From an uncultured Chloroflexia bacterium (GTDB taxonomy: Bacteria; Chloroflexota; Limnocylindria; Limnocylindrales; CSP1-4), in assembly GCA_963763775.1 (NCBI GenBank), contig CAVXPZ010000001.1:960001-1024000 (forward strand): DNA of 64,000 bases, in the 5' to 3' direction. Positions 1-10,923 of the stretch are shown piece after piece. The notes below the pieces were generated by a model. It saw only the letters and a program-made list of their open reading frames with translations, did not search any database and was not told the origin of the DNA. The position numbers were made by a program, and so were the translations under genes. Position 1 is the stretch's first letter, and each line of letters starts with the position of its first letter.

Positions 1-672
1 CGCCACGTCGACGCGCTGGATGGTCGTCCCCATCAGGAGGTCGATCCGATAGCGCCCGGCGGGCCACGAGACCGACTGGCTCCCGTCGCTGCCCGGCGGC
101 CAGAGGAGCAGCTCGCCGCCGACGAGCTCGGGCGGGATGGGGCGGACGTCGAGCCACTCGACATCGCCGTCGTCGGTCGGTCGCCAGACCCGGACGTCGA
201 GCGGCGTCTGGGCACGGGGCGTGGTCACGCCGAGGGCCGTGATGGGCTCGTCCCGCGAGCCGATCTCGCCGGATCGCCCATCGGCCGAGCCGGGGTCCAC
301 CGGGACCCAGCGTTCCTCGTCGGCCGGGGTCGCGACGATCGCCCGGATCCCCCAGGCGTCGTGCGGCCGCATCGCGGCCGCGATCCCGGCGATCGACGCG
401 GCGTCGTCAGGGGGCCCGGGCGCCCCGGAGTCGATCGGCGAGGCAGACACGGCGGCATCCGAGGACGGCACGGCCGCCGAGGCCGATGCGGCGGCATCCG
501 ACGACACGGCGCCCTCGCCCGGCGTCGGGCGCTCCCATGGCTTGACGATCGCGACGAGGAGCGCGACGACGACGATCGCGACGCCGATACGGACCGGATC
601 GAGGCGAGGCCGACGCGGCCCGATCGGTGCTCGCTCGAATTCGACGCTGCCCTGGGGATCGCCGATGCTCAC
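1..672 (-). CDS. Hypothetical single-pass membrane protein, truncated by the left window edge (not in ORF track)
   Basis: Open frame from GTG at 672 to the window edge: MSIGDPQGSVEFERAPIGPRRPRLDPVRIGVAIVVVALLVAIVKPW...AGRYRIDLLMGTTIQRVDVA; one N-terminal TM helix. Confidence 0.6.
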   Translation of the reverse strand, partial: MSIGDPQGSVEFERAPIGPRRPRLDPVRIGVAIVVVALLVAIVKPWERPTPGEGAVSSDAAASASAAVPSSDAAVSASPIDSGAPGPPDDAASIAGIAAAMRPHDAWGIRAIVATPADEERWVPVDPGSADGRSGEIGSRDEPITALGVTTPRAQTPLDVRVWRPTDDGDVEWLDVRPIPPELVGGELLLWPPGSDGSQSVSWPAGRYRIDLLMGTTIQRVDVA

Positions 673-747
673 CGGCGCATCGTGGCACGGGATGCCCGCA
701 GGTGCGCTCCGCGACGCCGCCGGCGCCTCGGCCCCGGAGCCGCTCCG

Positions 748-1809
748 TCAGCCTGCGAGCGGGACGATCCGGCCCTCGGCGTCGATGGTCGCCTGGCGGC
801 GCGCGCGCTTGAGCTCGGCGCCGGGGACCTGGTCGCGGGCGTGGTAGCTCGAGCGCACGAGCGGCGCGGACTCGACGTGCTTGAACCCGAGCGCGAGCGC
901 CTCGGCCTTCATCTCGGCGAACTCGTCGGGGTGGTAGTAGCGCACGAGCTCGAGGTGCTGGAGCGAGGGCCGCAGGTACTGGCCGACGGTCAGGATGTCG
1001 ACGTCGGCCTCGCGCAGGGCGGCGAACGCCTCGCTCAGCTCGGGCGCGGGTCTCGCCGAGGCCGACCATCAGGCTCGACTTGGTGTGGACGGCGTAGCCG
1101 ATGTCGGCGGCCATCTCCTTGGCCCGCGCGCAGGACGTACAGCGAGCGCTCCCAGCGGGCGCGCTTGCGGACCGGCTTCTGGAGCCGGCGCACGGTCTCG
1201 AGGTTGTGGTTGAGGATGTCCGGGCGCGCGTCCATGACCGTGCGCAGCCGCTCGTCGCTGCCGTCGAAGTCGGGGATGAGGACCTCGATGCCCATGCCCG
1301 GCGAACGCTCGCGCATCGCGGTGATGGTCTCGGCGAAGATGCGCGACCCGCCGTCGGGCAGGTCGTCGCGGGCGACGCTCGTGACCACGACGTGCTCGAG
1401 CTGCATGACCGCGACCGCCTCGGCCACACGGCGCGGCTCGTCGTCGTCGAACCAGGTCGGCCGGCCGGTCTTGACGGCGCAGAACCCGCAGGCCCGGGTG
1501 CACGTGTCGCCGAGGATCATGATCGTGGCCGTGCGCTGGTCCCAGCACTCCCCGATGTTGGGGCAGTGCGCCTCCTCGCAGACCGTGTTGAGCGACAGGC
1601 CGCGGAGCAGGCCCTTGAGGTCGTGGTAGTTGTCGCCCGAGGGCATCCGCGAGCGGATCCAGTCGGGATGCCGGCGGGGGGCGAGCGAGCCGTCGCGCCG
1701 CGGGCAGCCCGGCCGCGCCGCCGCCGAGGGCGATCGGCAGGTCCGGCCGGTGGTGCGGCGTCGCGCCGGCCGCCGGGGCCGGCTCGTAGATCGGGAGCTC
1801 GCGGGACAT
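748..1809 (-). CDS. lipA: Lipoyl synthase (radical SAM); about 3 frameshifts (~1680, ~1120, ~1045), probably sequencing indels
   Basis: [12 protein letters not shown] auxiliary-cluster motif, CTRACGFC radical-SAM motif, [25 protein letters not shown] and PLVRSSYHA, spread across reading frames. Confidence 0.93.
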
Positions 1810-1832
1810 GGCCGGAGTGTAGCCCGCCACGG

Positions 1833-2477
1833 TCAGTGGCACTCCGGCATGAGGAGATAGACCCCGCCGGCGTCGGCGTCGCCGTTGCGGACCAGGATCC
1901 GCTCCCGGTCCTTGCCGGCCGTCGAGTCGTTGATGAGGTACATCTTCAAGGCACCAAGCTCGTACCCGGTGGGCGAGTAGAGCGTGGGGATGCTCCCGTT
2001 CGAGATCGGCGCCGAGAGGTCCGCCCAGCGGTAGACCTGACCGCCGAACCTGATCCACCCGGGAAAGACGCTGTCCTCCACGAACCCCGGGATGTCACAG
2101 CCATCGAGGTGGATCCCGGACTGGACCGTCGCGTCGGGACCGGACCACGTGTCGACACGGTCGGACTTCAGTCGGTCGGTGACGACGACCGCCCCGACCC
2201 AGACCGCGAGCACGACCACGGCGATGATGACGATCCGCGGGCCGACGCGATGGACGTCCACCGTCGGCCGGAAGGATCGCTGGCGCGGCTGGACGGGCAG
2301 CTCACGACCGGCCTGGAGGTGCCGGAGGAGCCGGTCGTATCGATCCCGCCCCTGGTCTTCCAGCTCGGCGCGGCGCGCGCGCCGCTCGTCGATGGTCGGA
2401 CGCGGGACATCGATCTCGTCGCCGGCGTCGACCGGGGCGCCGGGCGTTGGGGTGACGGAGCCCGGATCAGTAGACAG
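1833..2477 (-). CDS. Hypothetical membrane-anchored protein (start uncertain)
   Basis: ORF 1833..2543 has one TM helix (RIVIIAVVVLAVWVGAVVV) and a two-Cys C-terminal domain; lies between E2 and lipA. Confidence 0.55.
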   Translation of the reverse strand: MSTDPGSVTPTPGAPVDAGDEIDVPRPTIDERRARRAELEDQGRDRYDRLLRHLQAGRELPVQPRQRSFRPTVDVHRVGPRIVIIAVVVLAVWVGAVVVTDRLKSDRVDTWSGPDATVQSGIHLDGCDIPGFVEDSVFPGWIRFGGQVYRWADLSAPISNGSIPTLYSPTGYELGALKMYLINDSTAGKDRERILVRNGDADAGGVYLLMPECH

Positions 2478-3861
2478 GCGTGTCCGGCCCGACCGCCTCG
2501 AGAGCGGCCTTGACGACCCGCAGGAAGGCCGCCGCCTGGGCACCGTCGTTGGCTCGGTGGTCGATCGCCATGACGACGTTCATGACCGGGCGGATGGCGA
2601 TCACATCGCCCTCGGGCGTCTCGCGGACCACGGGCCGCTTGATGATCGCCTCCATCGTGAGGATCGCGACCTCCGGGACGTTGATGATCGGCATCGTCAG
2701 GTTCGACCCGAACCAGCCGGTGTTGTCGATCGTGAACGTGGTCCCGCCGAAGTCGTCGAGGCGGAGCTTGCCGGCTCGCGCCCGGGCGGCCACCTCGGCG
2801 ATCGCGCGGTTCAGCCCGCTGATCGAGAGCTGGTCGACGTCGCGGACGGCCGGGACCAGCAGCCCGTCGTCCACGGCGACCGCGACGCCCATGTGGATGC
2901 GCCGCTTGGCGAGGATGCCGGCATCGGTCCAGTGCGCGTTGAACGTCGGGAACTGCTTGAGCGCCTCGACGGCCGCCTTGATGACGAACGGCACATAGCT
3001 GAGCGAGATGCCCTCGCGCTCCTGGTAGCCGCGCTTCGCGGCCTCGCGAGCCCGTACGAGCCCGCTCGCGTCGACCTCCATGTGCACGTAGGCGTGCGGC
3101 ACGGCGAGCGCCCGCGTCATCTGCGCCGCGATGCCCTTGCGCATCTGGGTCATCGGCAGCAGGAGCTCGTCGACGCCGTCGGGGAACGCGATCGCGCCAC
3201 CGGCGGGGCCCTTGGCCACGGGCGCGGGCGCGCTCGGCATGCTCGCCGGTCCGGGTGCGGCGGTCATCACCGCGACCGGGGCGCTGCCGCCGGTCCGGAT
3301 GATCTCGACCACGGCGAGGACGTCGTCGCGGGTGATCCGACCCCCGCCGCCCGTCCCCTGGATCTGATCCGGGCTCAGGCCGTGCTCGCGGAGCAGTCGC
3401 CGGACGGCCGGCGTCATGCGGGCGTCGGGGTCGCCCGTGGCCGCCAGCGTCGCGGCCGGCGCCAGTGTGGCGGTGGCCGGCGCGGAGGTGGCCGTCGCGA
3501 CGGCGGGCGTCGCGATCGGCGCGGGTGCCGGTGCGACCGGTCGCTCGTCGGAGCCCGCTGGCCCGTCGGCCGGCGCCGCCGCGCTGGTGGCGACGGGTCC
3601 GTCGGCCGCGGGGGTCGCGGCATCGTCGCCGGTGTCGATGATGGCGATCTCGGCGTCGTTGGGGACGGTGTCGCCCTCCTGGGCGAGGATCTCCTTGAGG
3701 ACGCCCTCGAACGGCGACGGCACTTCGGCGTTGACCTTGTCGGTGATGACCTCGAGCAGCGGCTCGTACTTGTCGACGTGGTCGCCCGGCTGCTTGAGCC
3801 ATTTGCCGATCGTGCCCTCGGCGACGCTCTCACCGAGCTGGGGCATCGTCACCTTCGCCAC
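2467..3861 (-). CDS. Dihydrolipoamide acyltransferase (E2) of a 2-oxoacid dehydrogenase, probably branched-chain
   Basis: Lipoyl domain MPQLGESVAEG...TDKVNAEVPSP, E3-binding TPAVRRL...GTGGGGRIT, catalytic DHRANDG. Confidence 0.93.
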   Translation of the reverse strand: MAKVTMPQLGESVAEGTIGKWLKQPGDHVDKYEPLLEVITDKVNAEVPSPFEGVLKEILAQEGDTVPNDAEIAIIDTGDDAATPAADGPVATSAAAPADGPAGSDERPVAPAPAPIATPAVATATSAPATATLAPAATLAATGDPDARMTPAVRRLLREHGLSPDQIQGTGGGGRITRDDVLAVVEIIRTGGSAPVAVMTAAPGPASMPSAPAPVAKGPAGGAIAFPDGVDELLLPMTQMRKGIAAQMTRALAVPHAYVHMEVDASGLVRAREAAKRGYQEREGISLSYVPFVIKAAVEALKQFPTFNAHWTDAGILAKRRIHMGVAVAVDDGLLVPAVRDVDQLSISGLNRAIAEVAARARAGKLRLDDFGGTTFTIDNTGWFGSNLTMPIINVPEVAILTMEAIIKRPVVRETPEGDVIAIRPVMNVVMAIDHRANDGAQAAAFLRVVKAALEAVGPDTPVY

Positions 3862-3981
3862 GTTCGCAGATCCTCCGCTGGGTCGCTGTGTGCCGCCTAG
3901 TGTCACCTATCTGCGCGTTGCGGGTCGAGCGGCGTCGTCGAGGCCGGCAGCCCGTTCGACTCGGACCGTAGACTCCCACCC

Positions 3982-4464
3982 ATGCCCGATCTGCGCCCGA
4001 CCGCCTTCGTGATCGCGCCCGGGGCCGTCGGCCCGATCCGCGGACCGGTCGGCGGACCGACGACGATCCTGGCGCGCGCCGAGACGACCGGCGGTGCGTT
4101 CACCATGCTCGAGAACGTGATCCCGCCGCTCCAGGGCCCGCCGCTCCACGTCCATGGTCGCGAGGACGAGATGTGGTACGTCCTCGAAGGGCGCTTCCGC
4201 TTCCGTGCCGACGACCGACTGCTGGAGGCGCCGGCCGGGTCGTTCGTCTACGTGCCACGCGGGACGCGCCATGCGTTCCAGAACATCGGCGATGGCCCGG
4301 CCCGGATCCTGGTGATGTTCTCCCCGGCCGGGATGGAGCGGTTCTTCGAGGACATCGCCGCGCTCCCCGACGGACCCGTCGACCCCGCGACCTATCGGGC
4401 GATCGCCCACGACCAGGCGATGGAGGTCGCCGGTCCGCCCCTGGCCGAGTCCGACCCGATCTGA
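3982..4464 (+). CDS. Cupin-domain protein (QdoI/quercetin dioxygenase-like)
   Basis: GPPLHVHGREDEMWYVLEG and VPRGTRHAFQN cupin motifs. Confidence 0.85.
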   Translation: MPDLRPTAFVIAPGAVGPIRGPVGGPTTILARAETTGGAFTMLENVIPPLQGPPLHVHGREDEMWYVLEGRFRFRADDRLLEAPAGSFVYVPRGTRHAFQNIGDGPARILVMFSPAGMERFFEDIAALPDGPVDPATYRAIAHDQAMEVAGPPLAESDPI

Positions 4465-4476
4465 CGTGAGCGATCC

Positions 4477-7270
4477 GTGGCGACCGCCACGCGCCTGACC
4501 CGTGCGGCCGGCATCCGCGACGACGAGGCCGTCGTCGTCGGCTTGATCGCGGCGGTCTTCGCGACGCTGGAGGCGGGGCGAGGCCTGGGCGAGGTCGGGG
4601 TCAATACCCTCGTGTTGAGCCGACTCCCCAGTGATGCGCTCCCGTGGCTGTACATCCCGCTCGGCGTGATCTCGCTCGTCGTGGCCGTGGCGTTCGGCGG
4701 CGCCCTCGGCCGCGTCCGGCGATCGCGGCTCATGGCGTTCGCCCTGACCGGCATCGGCACGCTCCTCGCGATCGAGTGGATCGCGCTCGGCGGCCTGCCG
4801 GACGCGGTGCCGGTCGCGTGGCTCACGGTCATGGCCGCTGGGGCCATCGCGGTGACGATCGGCTGGACGGTGGCGACGTCCACCCTCGACGCCCGCCAGG
4901 CGAAGCGGCTCTTCCCGATCTGCACGGCCGCCGCGATCGCCGGCAACTTCGTCGGCAGTCTCGCCGCCGGCCCGGTGACGAAGGCGGCCGGGGCCAACGC
5001 GCTCGTCGGGCTCGAGGGTGGCCTGTTCGTCGTGGCCGCCGTGCTCATCGGCCGGCTGGCGAGCCGCTCCGGGGCTCCCGCCTGGGGACCCCCGCCCAAC
5101 GAGCAGCCGAACGGTCGTCGACGACCTGCGGAGCGGATTCGACGAGGTCCGGGCCTCGCCGCTCCTGCGGCTCGTCGCCGTCGCCTACGTCCTGTTCGCG
5201 GTCCTGCTGTTCTCGGTCTCGTTCCCGTTCTTCCTCGCGGCGAGGGCCACGTTCCCGAGCGAGGCCGCGCTCGCGGGGGCGCTCGGGCTCATCGGCGCGG
5301 TCGTCACGGCGACATCGTTCGTCGTCTCGCTCGTCGTCGCCAAGCGCTTCTACCGTCGATTCGGGGTCGCCGCGGCCGCGCTCATCCTCCCGGTGATCTA
5401 CCTGGTCGGCTTCTCGGTCTGGATCGTCCAGTTCACGTTCGTGACGGCCGCCGCGGTCCTGGTGGTCCAACAGGTGACCCAGCGCGGCCTCTCCAATGCC
5501 GCCTGGAGCGCCTTCTACAACGTCGTCCCATCGAGACGGCGCGCCCAGGCGCTGGCGTTCAACGACGGGGTGCCGGGGCAGCTCGGCATCATGCTCTCGG
5601 GTGTCCTGCTCCTGACCGCCGGCCGTTTCCTCGCGCCCGAGCAGGTGTTCTGGCTCGGGCTCGCGACCGCGCTCGTGTGCACGACGGTGGTCGTGGCGAT
5701 CCGACGCCGCTACGCGGACGCCTTGCTGCGAACGCTTCGCGCCGGGACCGGCGAGCAGATCCTCGAAGGCGGACGGGGCCTCGGCGACCTCGTCGACACG
5801 CCCGACGTGCGCGGCGCCATCATCGCGACCCTCGCCGACCCGGATGCCGGCGTCCGCGCGATGGCGGCGGCGATGCTGGCCCGGTCGCCGGCACCGGACG
5901 CCTGCCGCGCGCTGGTCGGGGCGCTGGGCGATCCGGACCCACGCGTCCGCGGCGCGGCCGTCACGGCGGTCCTCTCGGACCAGGTGGTGGGCGGGGTCGG
6001 CGGCGCGGTGTCCGCGGCCGACGCCGATCGCGCCGAGCAGGTGCTCGTCCAGCTCCTCGCCGGCGATGCGGCCGCCGCGGTGGCGGGGCTGCAGGCCACT
6101 CGCGCCTTGCGCCGCGACCTCACGCCGGCGGCAAGGGCGGCGGCGCTTGCCGATCCCGCGCCCGCGGTCCGCGCAGCGGCGATGGCACTCCTCGGCGACG
6201 CCCCGGACGATGCCGCGACGGGCGTCCTGGTCGCCGGTCTCTCCGATCCGGCATCGATCGTTCGGAGCGCAGCCTCGTCCGCGCTCATGGCCCGCGATGC
6301 CGTCGCCCCGGGCGTGATCGCGCTCCTCGACGGGCCGACCATCGAGACCCAGATGGCCGCGATCGCGGCCCTCGAGGGGCACGGAGACGCCGTCCGACCC
6401 GAGGTCGTCGCCTGGGCGGACGTCCAGGTAGGTCGCGCCCTGGCGGTCCAGGGAGCGCGCACGGCGCTCGTGGCCGCGTCGGGGCCGCCGGCGTCCGAGC
6501 TGGCGTTCCTCACGGGCGTCCTCGAGGGGCGCACGCAGCGATACCGCGACCTCGCGCTCGCGGCGATGGCCGTGCTCGGCGCTCCGGCGGCGCGGGGCGT
6601 CATCCGGCGCAGCCTCCGGTCCGGCGACCCGGATGTGCGGGCCCAGGCCATCGAGGCCCTCGACTCGGTCGGCGATCGGCGACTCGGGGCCGCGATCGCG
6701 AGACTCGTCGAGTCCGCGCCGACGCCCGACCCCGTCCCCCGAGACGCGGTCATCGGCGCGCTTTGCGATGATGCGGACGCGTGGATCCGGGGTCTGGCCC
6801 GATGGATCCGCTCCGACGGAGACGATATGGCCGACGTCCCGACCTCGCAGAGCACCTTCGAGACCATGCGGCGGCTCCGCGTCGTCCCGCTCTTCGAGGG
6901 TCTCGCGCCCGAGGATCTGGAGCGGGTGGCCGCCGTCGCCACGGAGCGATGGTTCGAGCCGGGCGATGCCCTCGTCACGCAGGGCGACATCGGCGACGAG
7001 CTCTTCGTGATCCTCGAGGGGCGCGTCCTCGTCCGACGACGCGAGGAGGACGGCAGCGAACGCGTGATCCGCTCGTACGAAGCTGGCGACCACATCGGGG
7101 AGCTCGCGGTCCTGCGGGAGCGGCCACGGGTCGCGACCGTCGTCGCGGACGGCGGGAGCGTCCGAACGCTCGTCATCGGCGGCGATGCGCTCACCGCGAT
7201 CCTCCGGGAGCGCCCGGACGCCGCGATGGCGATGCTGGCGACGCTCGCGGAGCGGATCAGCATGCAGTGA
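4477..7270 (+). CDS. NTT (Npt1/Npt2, TLC-like) MFS transporter fused to HEAT repeats and a C-terminal cyclic-nucleotide-binding domain; one frameshift near 5090
   Basis: About 12 TM helices with the RQAKRLFP motif, HEAT repeats (ADPDAGVRAMAA, DPDPRVRGAA, SGDPDVRAQAIEAL), cNMP domain LVTQGDIGDELFVILEGRV...IGELAVLRERPRVATVVA. Confidence 0.8.
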
Positions 7271-9905
7271 CGCACGCCGCCCCCGTGCCTGATCCACAAG
7301 GCCGCGCCCTCCCCACCGGCACGGTCACGTTCCTGCGGACCGACGTCGAGGGTTCGATGGCCCTGGCTCGCGCGCTCGGGCCGCGGTGGGACGACCTGAA
7401 TGCCGAGCATCTGGCCCTGGTTCGTGCCGCCGTGACCGATCACGGTGGTGTCGTCGTCCGCACCGAGGGCGACGCCGCCTTCGCCGTCTTCCCCGAGGCC
7501 GGGGCGGCGGTCGCGGCGGCCGTGGCCGTCCAACAGGCGCTCACCGCCCATCGCTGGCCGGACGGAGGCCCGGTCCGGGTCCGGATCGGGCTGCACTCTG
7601 GGGAGGCCCATCTCGCCGGTGACGACTACGGCGGGTTCGACGTGAACCGTGCGGCGCGCGTCGCGGCGACCGGCCATGGCGGCCAGGTCGTCCTGTCGAG
7701 CACGACGGCCGCGCTGGTCGCGGACGGTCTGCCGTCGGGCGTCGCAGCTCCGCGACCTGGGCCTCTACGTCCTCAAGGACGTCCCACGACCGGAACGACT
7801 GACCCAGCTCGACATCGCCGGCCTGTCGACCGACTTCCCGCCCCTCCGGGCGACGAGCCCGACCGTCGGCGATCTCCCGGAACGGCTCACGAGCTTCCTC
7901 GGGAGGTCACGCGAACTCCAGGAGCTGGAGGACGCTGATCGCCGCCGGACGCCTGGTGACCCTGACCGGCCCCGGCGGCATCGGCAAGTCCAGCCTCGCG
8001 GTGGAGGCGGCACGAGCGAGCGCGCGCCGGGTTCCGCGATGGCGCGTGGTTCGTCGCCCTGTCCGCGGTGGACGATCCGTCGGCCGTCAAGGCGACCATC
8101 GCCCGGGCGATCGGCCTCTTCGATGGGTCTGAGCGGTCGGCCGCCGACGCGCTTCTGCCATACCTCGCCGAGCGCGCCGTGCTGCTCCTCCTCGACAACT
8201 TCGAACAGGTCCTGGGGGCGTCGGACGAGGTCGCCGCGATCCTGCGCGCGTCGCCGGCGTCGCACGTCCTGGTCACCAGCCGCGCGCCGCTCCGCGTCGG
8301 CGGCGAGCAGGAATACCCGGTTCCGCCGCTCGACGGCGGCCGCGGGCTGTTCATGGAACGCGCCAACGCCGTCCGTCCGGGCTGGGACCCGGGCGACGAC
8401 GTGGCGGTCGTCGACGAGATCTGCATGTTGCTCGATGGCCTGCCGCTCGGGATCGAGCTCGCGGCGGCGCGCGTCTCGCTCCTGCCCGTGGCGGCGATCC
8501 GCGATCGACTCGCTGCGCGTCTCCCGCTGCCCGGGTCTGGGCAGCGCGACGCCCCAGACCGTCAGCGGACACTCGAAGCGCACGGTCGCGTGGAGCCACG
8601 ACCTCCTGCCGCCGACCGTGCAGGCAGTCCTGCACGACGTGGCGGTCTTCGAGGACGGGTTCGATGTCGAGCAGGCGTCGTCCGTCGTGGACCACGGCCT
8701 GACCTCGGACGTCCTCGACGACCTCGCACAGCTGGCCGACCAGAGCCTCGTGATGCGCGACCGCCCGGATGGCGAGGGGGTTCGGTTCCGCCTCCTTCGG
8801 ACGATCCAGGACTTCGCGATCACCAGGCTTCGCGAGAGCGGCCGCGAAGCGGCGACCCGACGACGGCATGCGCAAGCCTTCCTCGCCCTGGCGGAGGACG
8901 TCGCCGCACAGTTCGGGACGCGGCTCCAGGCATCGCGGCTCGATCGGCTCGCCGTCGATTTCGGCGAACCTGCGAACGGCCGTCCGATGGGCCATCGACG
9001 CGGGCGAGGCCGAGATCGCGCTACGACTGGTGGCCGCGCTTTGGCGCTTCTGGCAGTCGGACGGACACCTGAGCGAAGGGCGCACGCTCGCCGAGGCGGC
9101 CCTCACCATGTCCGGCGCCGAGCCGACGACCACCGCCCGCGCCTGGGCGACGGGCTCGGCCGGCAGCATCGCCTACTGGCAGGCCGATGTCGTCGCCGCC
9201 CGACGCTGGTACGAGGAGCAGCTCGCGCTGGCCAAGGCCCTCGACGACGAGACGATCGTGGCGGATGCCATGTTCAACCTCGCCCACATCATGTTCGTCG
9301 AGAACGCCGACGCCGAACCGAAGCTCGCATGGGCCGACGAGGTCCGACAGCGGTACCGCGATCTCGGCGACGAACGGGCGGTCGCCCGGATCGCCTGGTC
9401 CGAAGGCACGATCGCGATGCAGGACGGCCGAGCCGAGGAAGCGATCCGGATCTTCGAGAGCCTGCTCCCGATCTTCGATTCGCTCGGTGACCTCCAGTAC
9501 CACGCCATGGCGACGGCCAGCATCGGCTGGGCCGCGTTCAGCCTTGGGGACATCCCGACGGCGATGCGATGCGCGGTCCGATCGCTGGTGGAGACCAACG
9601 CCCTCCACGACGTGGCGACGACGACGATCTCGCTCCACGTCGGTGTGCTCATGGCCTCGGTCCTGGGCAAGGTCGAGGATGGCGCCCGCCTGTCGGGGGC
9701 CTTCGACGGCCTCTGCGAGCGTTACGGCGTCCGGCCGCCCGCCGCGTTGGCGCTGTTCATCGGACGACTCGATCCCTTCGGGCGGATACGGGAGGCCTTG
9801 ACGCCCGAGTCGTACGCGAGCTTGTACGAGAGCGGCCGACGACTGACGATCGACGAAGCCGTGGCCCTGGTCGTGGCGATGGCCGAGGATGCGCCGCCAG
9901 GTTGA
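7267..9905 (+). CDS. Class III adenylate/guanylate cyclase + STAND-type NTPase + TPR-like protein; about 5 frameshifts (~7745, ~7940, ~8030, ~8580, ~8965)
   Basis: TFLRTDVEGS, TEGD, RVRIGLHSGE, DVNRAAR (cyclase); GPGGIGKS P-loop, LLLLDNFEQV Walker B, LVTSRAPL, LDGLPLGIELAAAR; helical C-terminus; GTG start overlaps the upstream TGA. Confidence 0.85.
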
Positions 9906-9939
9906 GCCCGCGGGGCGGCCCGCCCGGTGTGGCTCCGGC

Positions 9940-10923
9940 TCAGTAGGCCGCGAGCTGGCGGATCCCGTCGGCGATCTTCTCGGGCGAGACCATGAACCAG
10001 TCCTCGAGCACGTGGTTGTACGGGACGCCGGGGACCTCGGGACCGGCGATGCGGGTCACCGGACCGTCGAGGTAGTCGAAGGCCTCCTCCGCGACGATCG
10101 CCGCCACCTCGGCGCCGTAGCCGCCGAACCGGTTGTCCTCGTAGACGATCAGGCACTTGCCGGTCTTTCGGACCGAGTCGAGCACGGTCTCCTTGTCGAG
10201 CGGCCGCAGGGTCCGCAGGTCGATCACCTCGACGCTGATCCCGTCCTCGGCGACGCGGTCGGCCGCCTCGAGCGCGTAGTGCGCCATCAGGCCGTAGGCG
10301 ATGACCGTCACCTGCGACCCGGGATGGGTCACCGCCGCGCGGCCCAGTGGCACGACGTAGTCCGTGTCCGGGACGTCGCCGCGGACCGAGCGGTACATCT
10401 TCTTGTGCTCGAAGAACAGGACCGGGTCGTCGTCGCGGATCGCGGCCCGCAACAGCCCGCGCGCGTCGTACGGCGTGGACGGCACCACCACCTTGAGGCC
10501 CGGCACGTGCGTGAAGAACGCCTCGACGCTCTGCGAGTGGTACAGCGCGCCATGGACGCCGCCGCCGTAGGGCGCGCGGATCGTCATCGGGACCGAGTAC
10601 CCGTTGTTCGAGCGGTACCGCATCCGCGCGGCCTCGGACACGATCTGGTTGAACGCGGGGTGGATGAAGTCCGCGAACTGGATCTCGCAGACCGGCCGGA
10701 GCCCGTTCACCGCGGCGCCGATCGACGCCCCGACGATCATCGATTCGCTGAGCGGCGTGTCGATGACGCGCTCGTCGCCGAACTCCGCCCAGAGCCCGTC
10801 GGTGGCCAGGAAGACGCCGCCCTTCTTCCCGACGTCCTCGCCGAGCACGATGATCGCGTCGTCCCGGCGCATCTCGTCGGCGAGCGTCTCGCGGATGGCG
10901 TCGATGAACGTCCGGGTCGGCAT
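9940..10923 (-). CDS. 2-oxoacid dehydrogenase E1 beta subunit
   Basis: GEDVGKKGGVF, DTPLSES, EIQFADF, GGGVHGALYHSQS, FFEHKKMY. Confidence 0.95.
   Translation of the reverse strand: MPTRTFIDAIRETLADEMRRDDAIIVLGEDVGKKGGVFLATDGLWAEFGDERVIDTPLSESMIVGASIGAAVNGLRPVCEIQFADFIHPAFNQIVSEAARMRYRSNNGYSVPMTIRAPYGGGVHGALYHSQSVEAFFTHVPGLKVVVPSTPYDARGLLRAAIRDDDPVLFFEHKKMYRSVRGDVPDTDYVVPLGRAAVTHPGSQVTVIAYGLMAHYALEAADRVAEDGISVEVIDLRTLRPLDKETVLDSVRKTGKCLIVYEDNRFGGYGAEVAAIVAEEAFDYLDGPVTRIAGPEVPGVPYNHVLEDWFMVSPEKIADGIRQLAAY

Noticed and set aside
748-1809. Programmed ribosomal frameshifting in lipA or metX
   Set aside because: No canonical slippery heptamers noticed, and similar breaks occur in many unrelated genes, which favours sequencing error.
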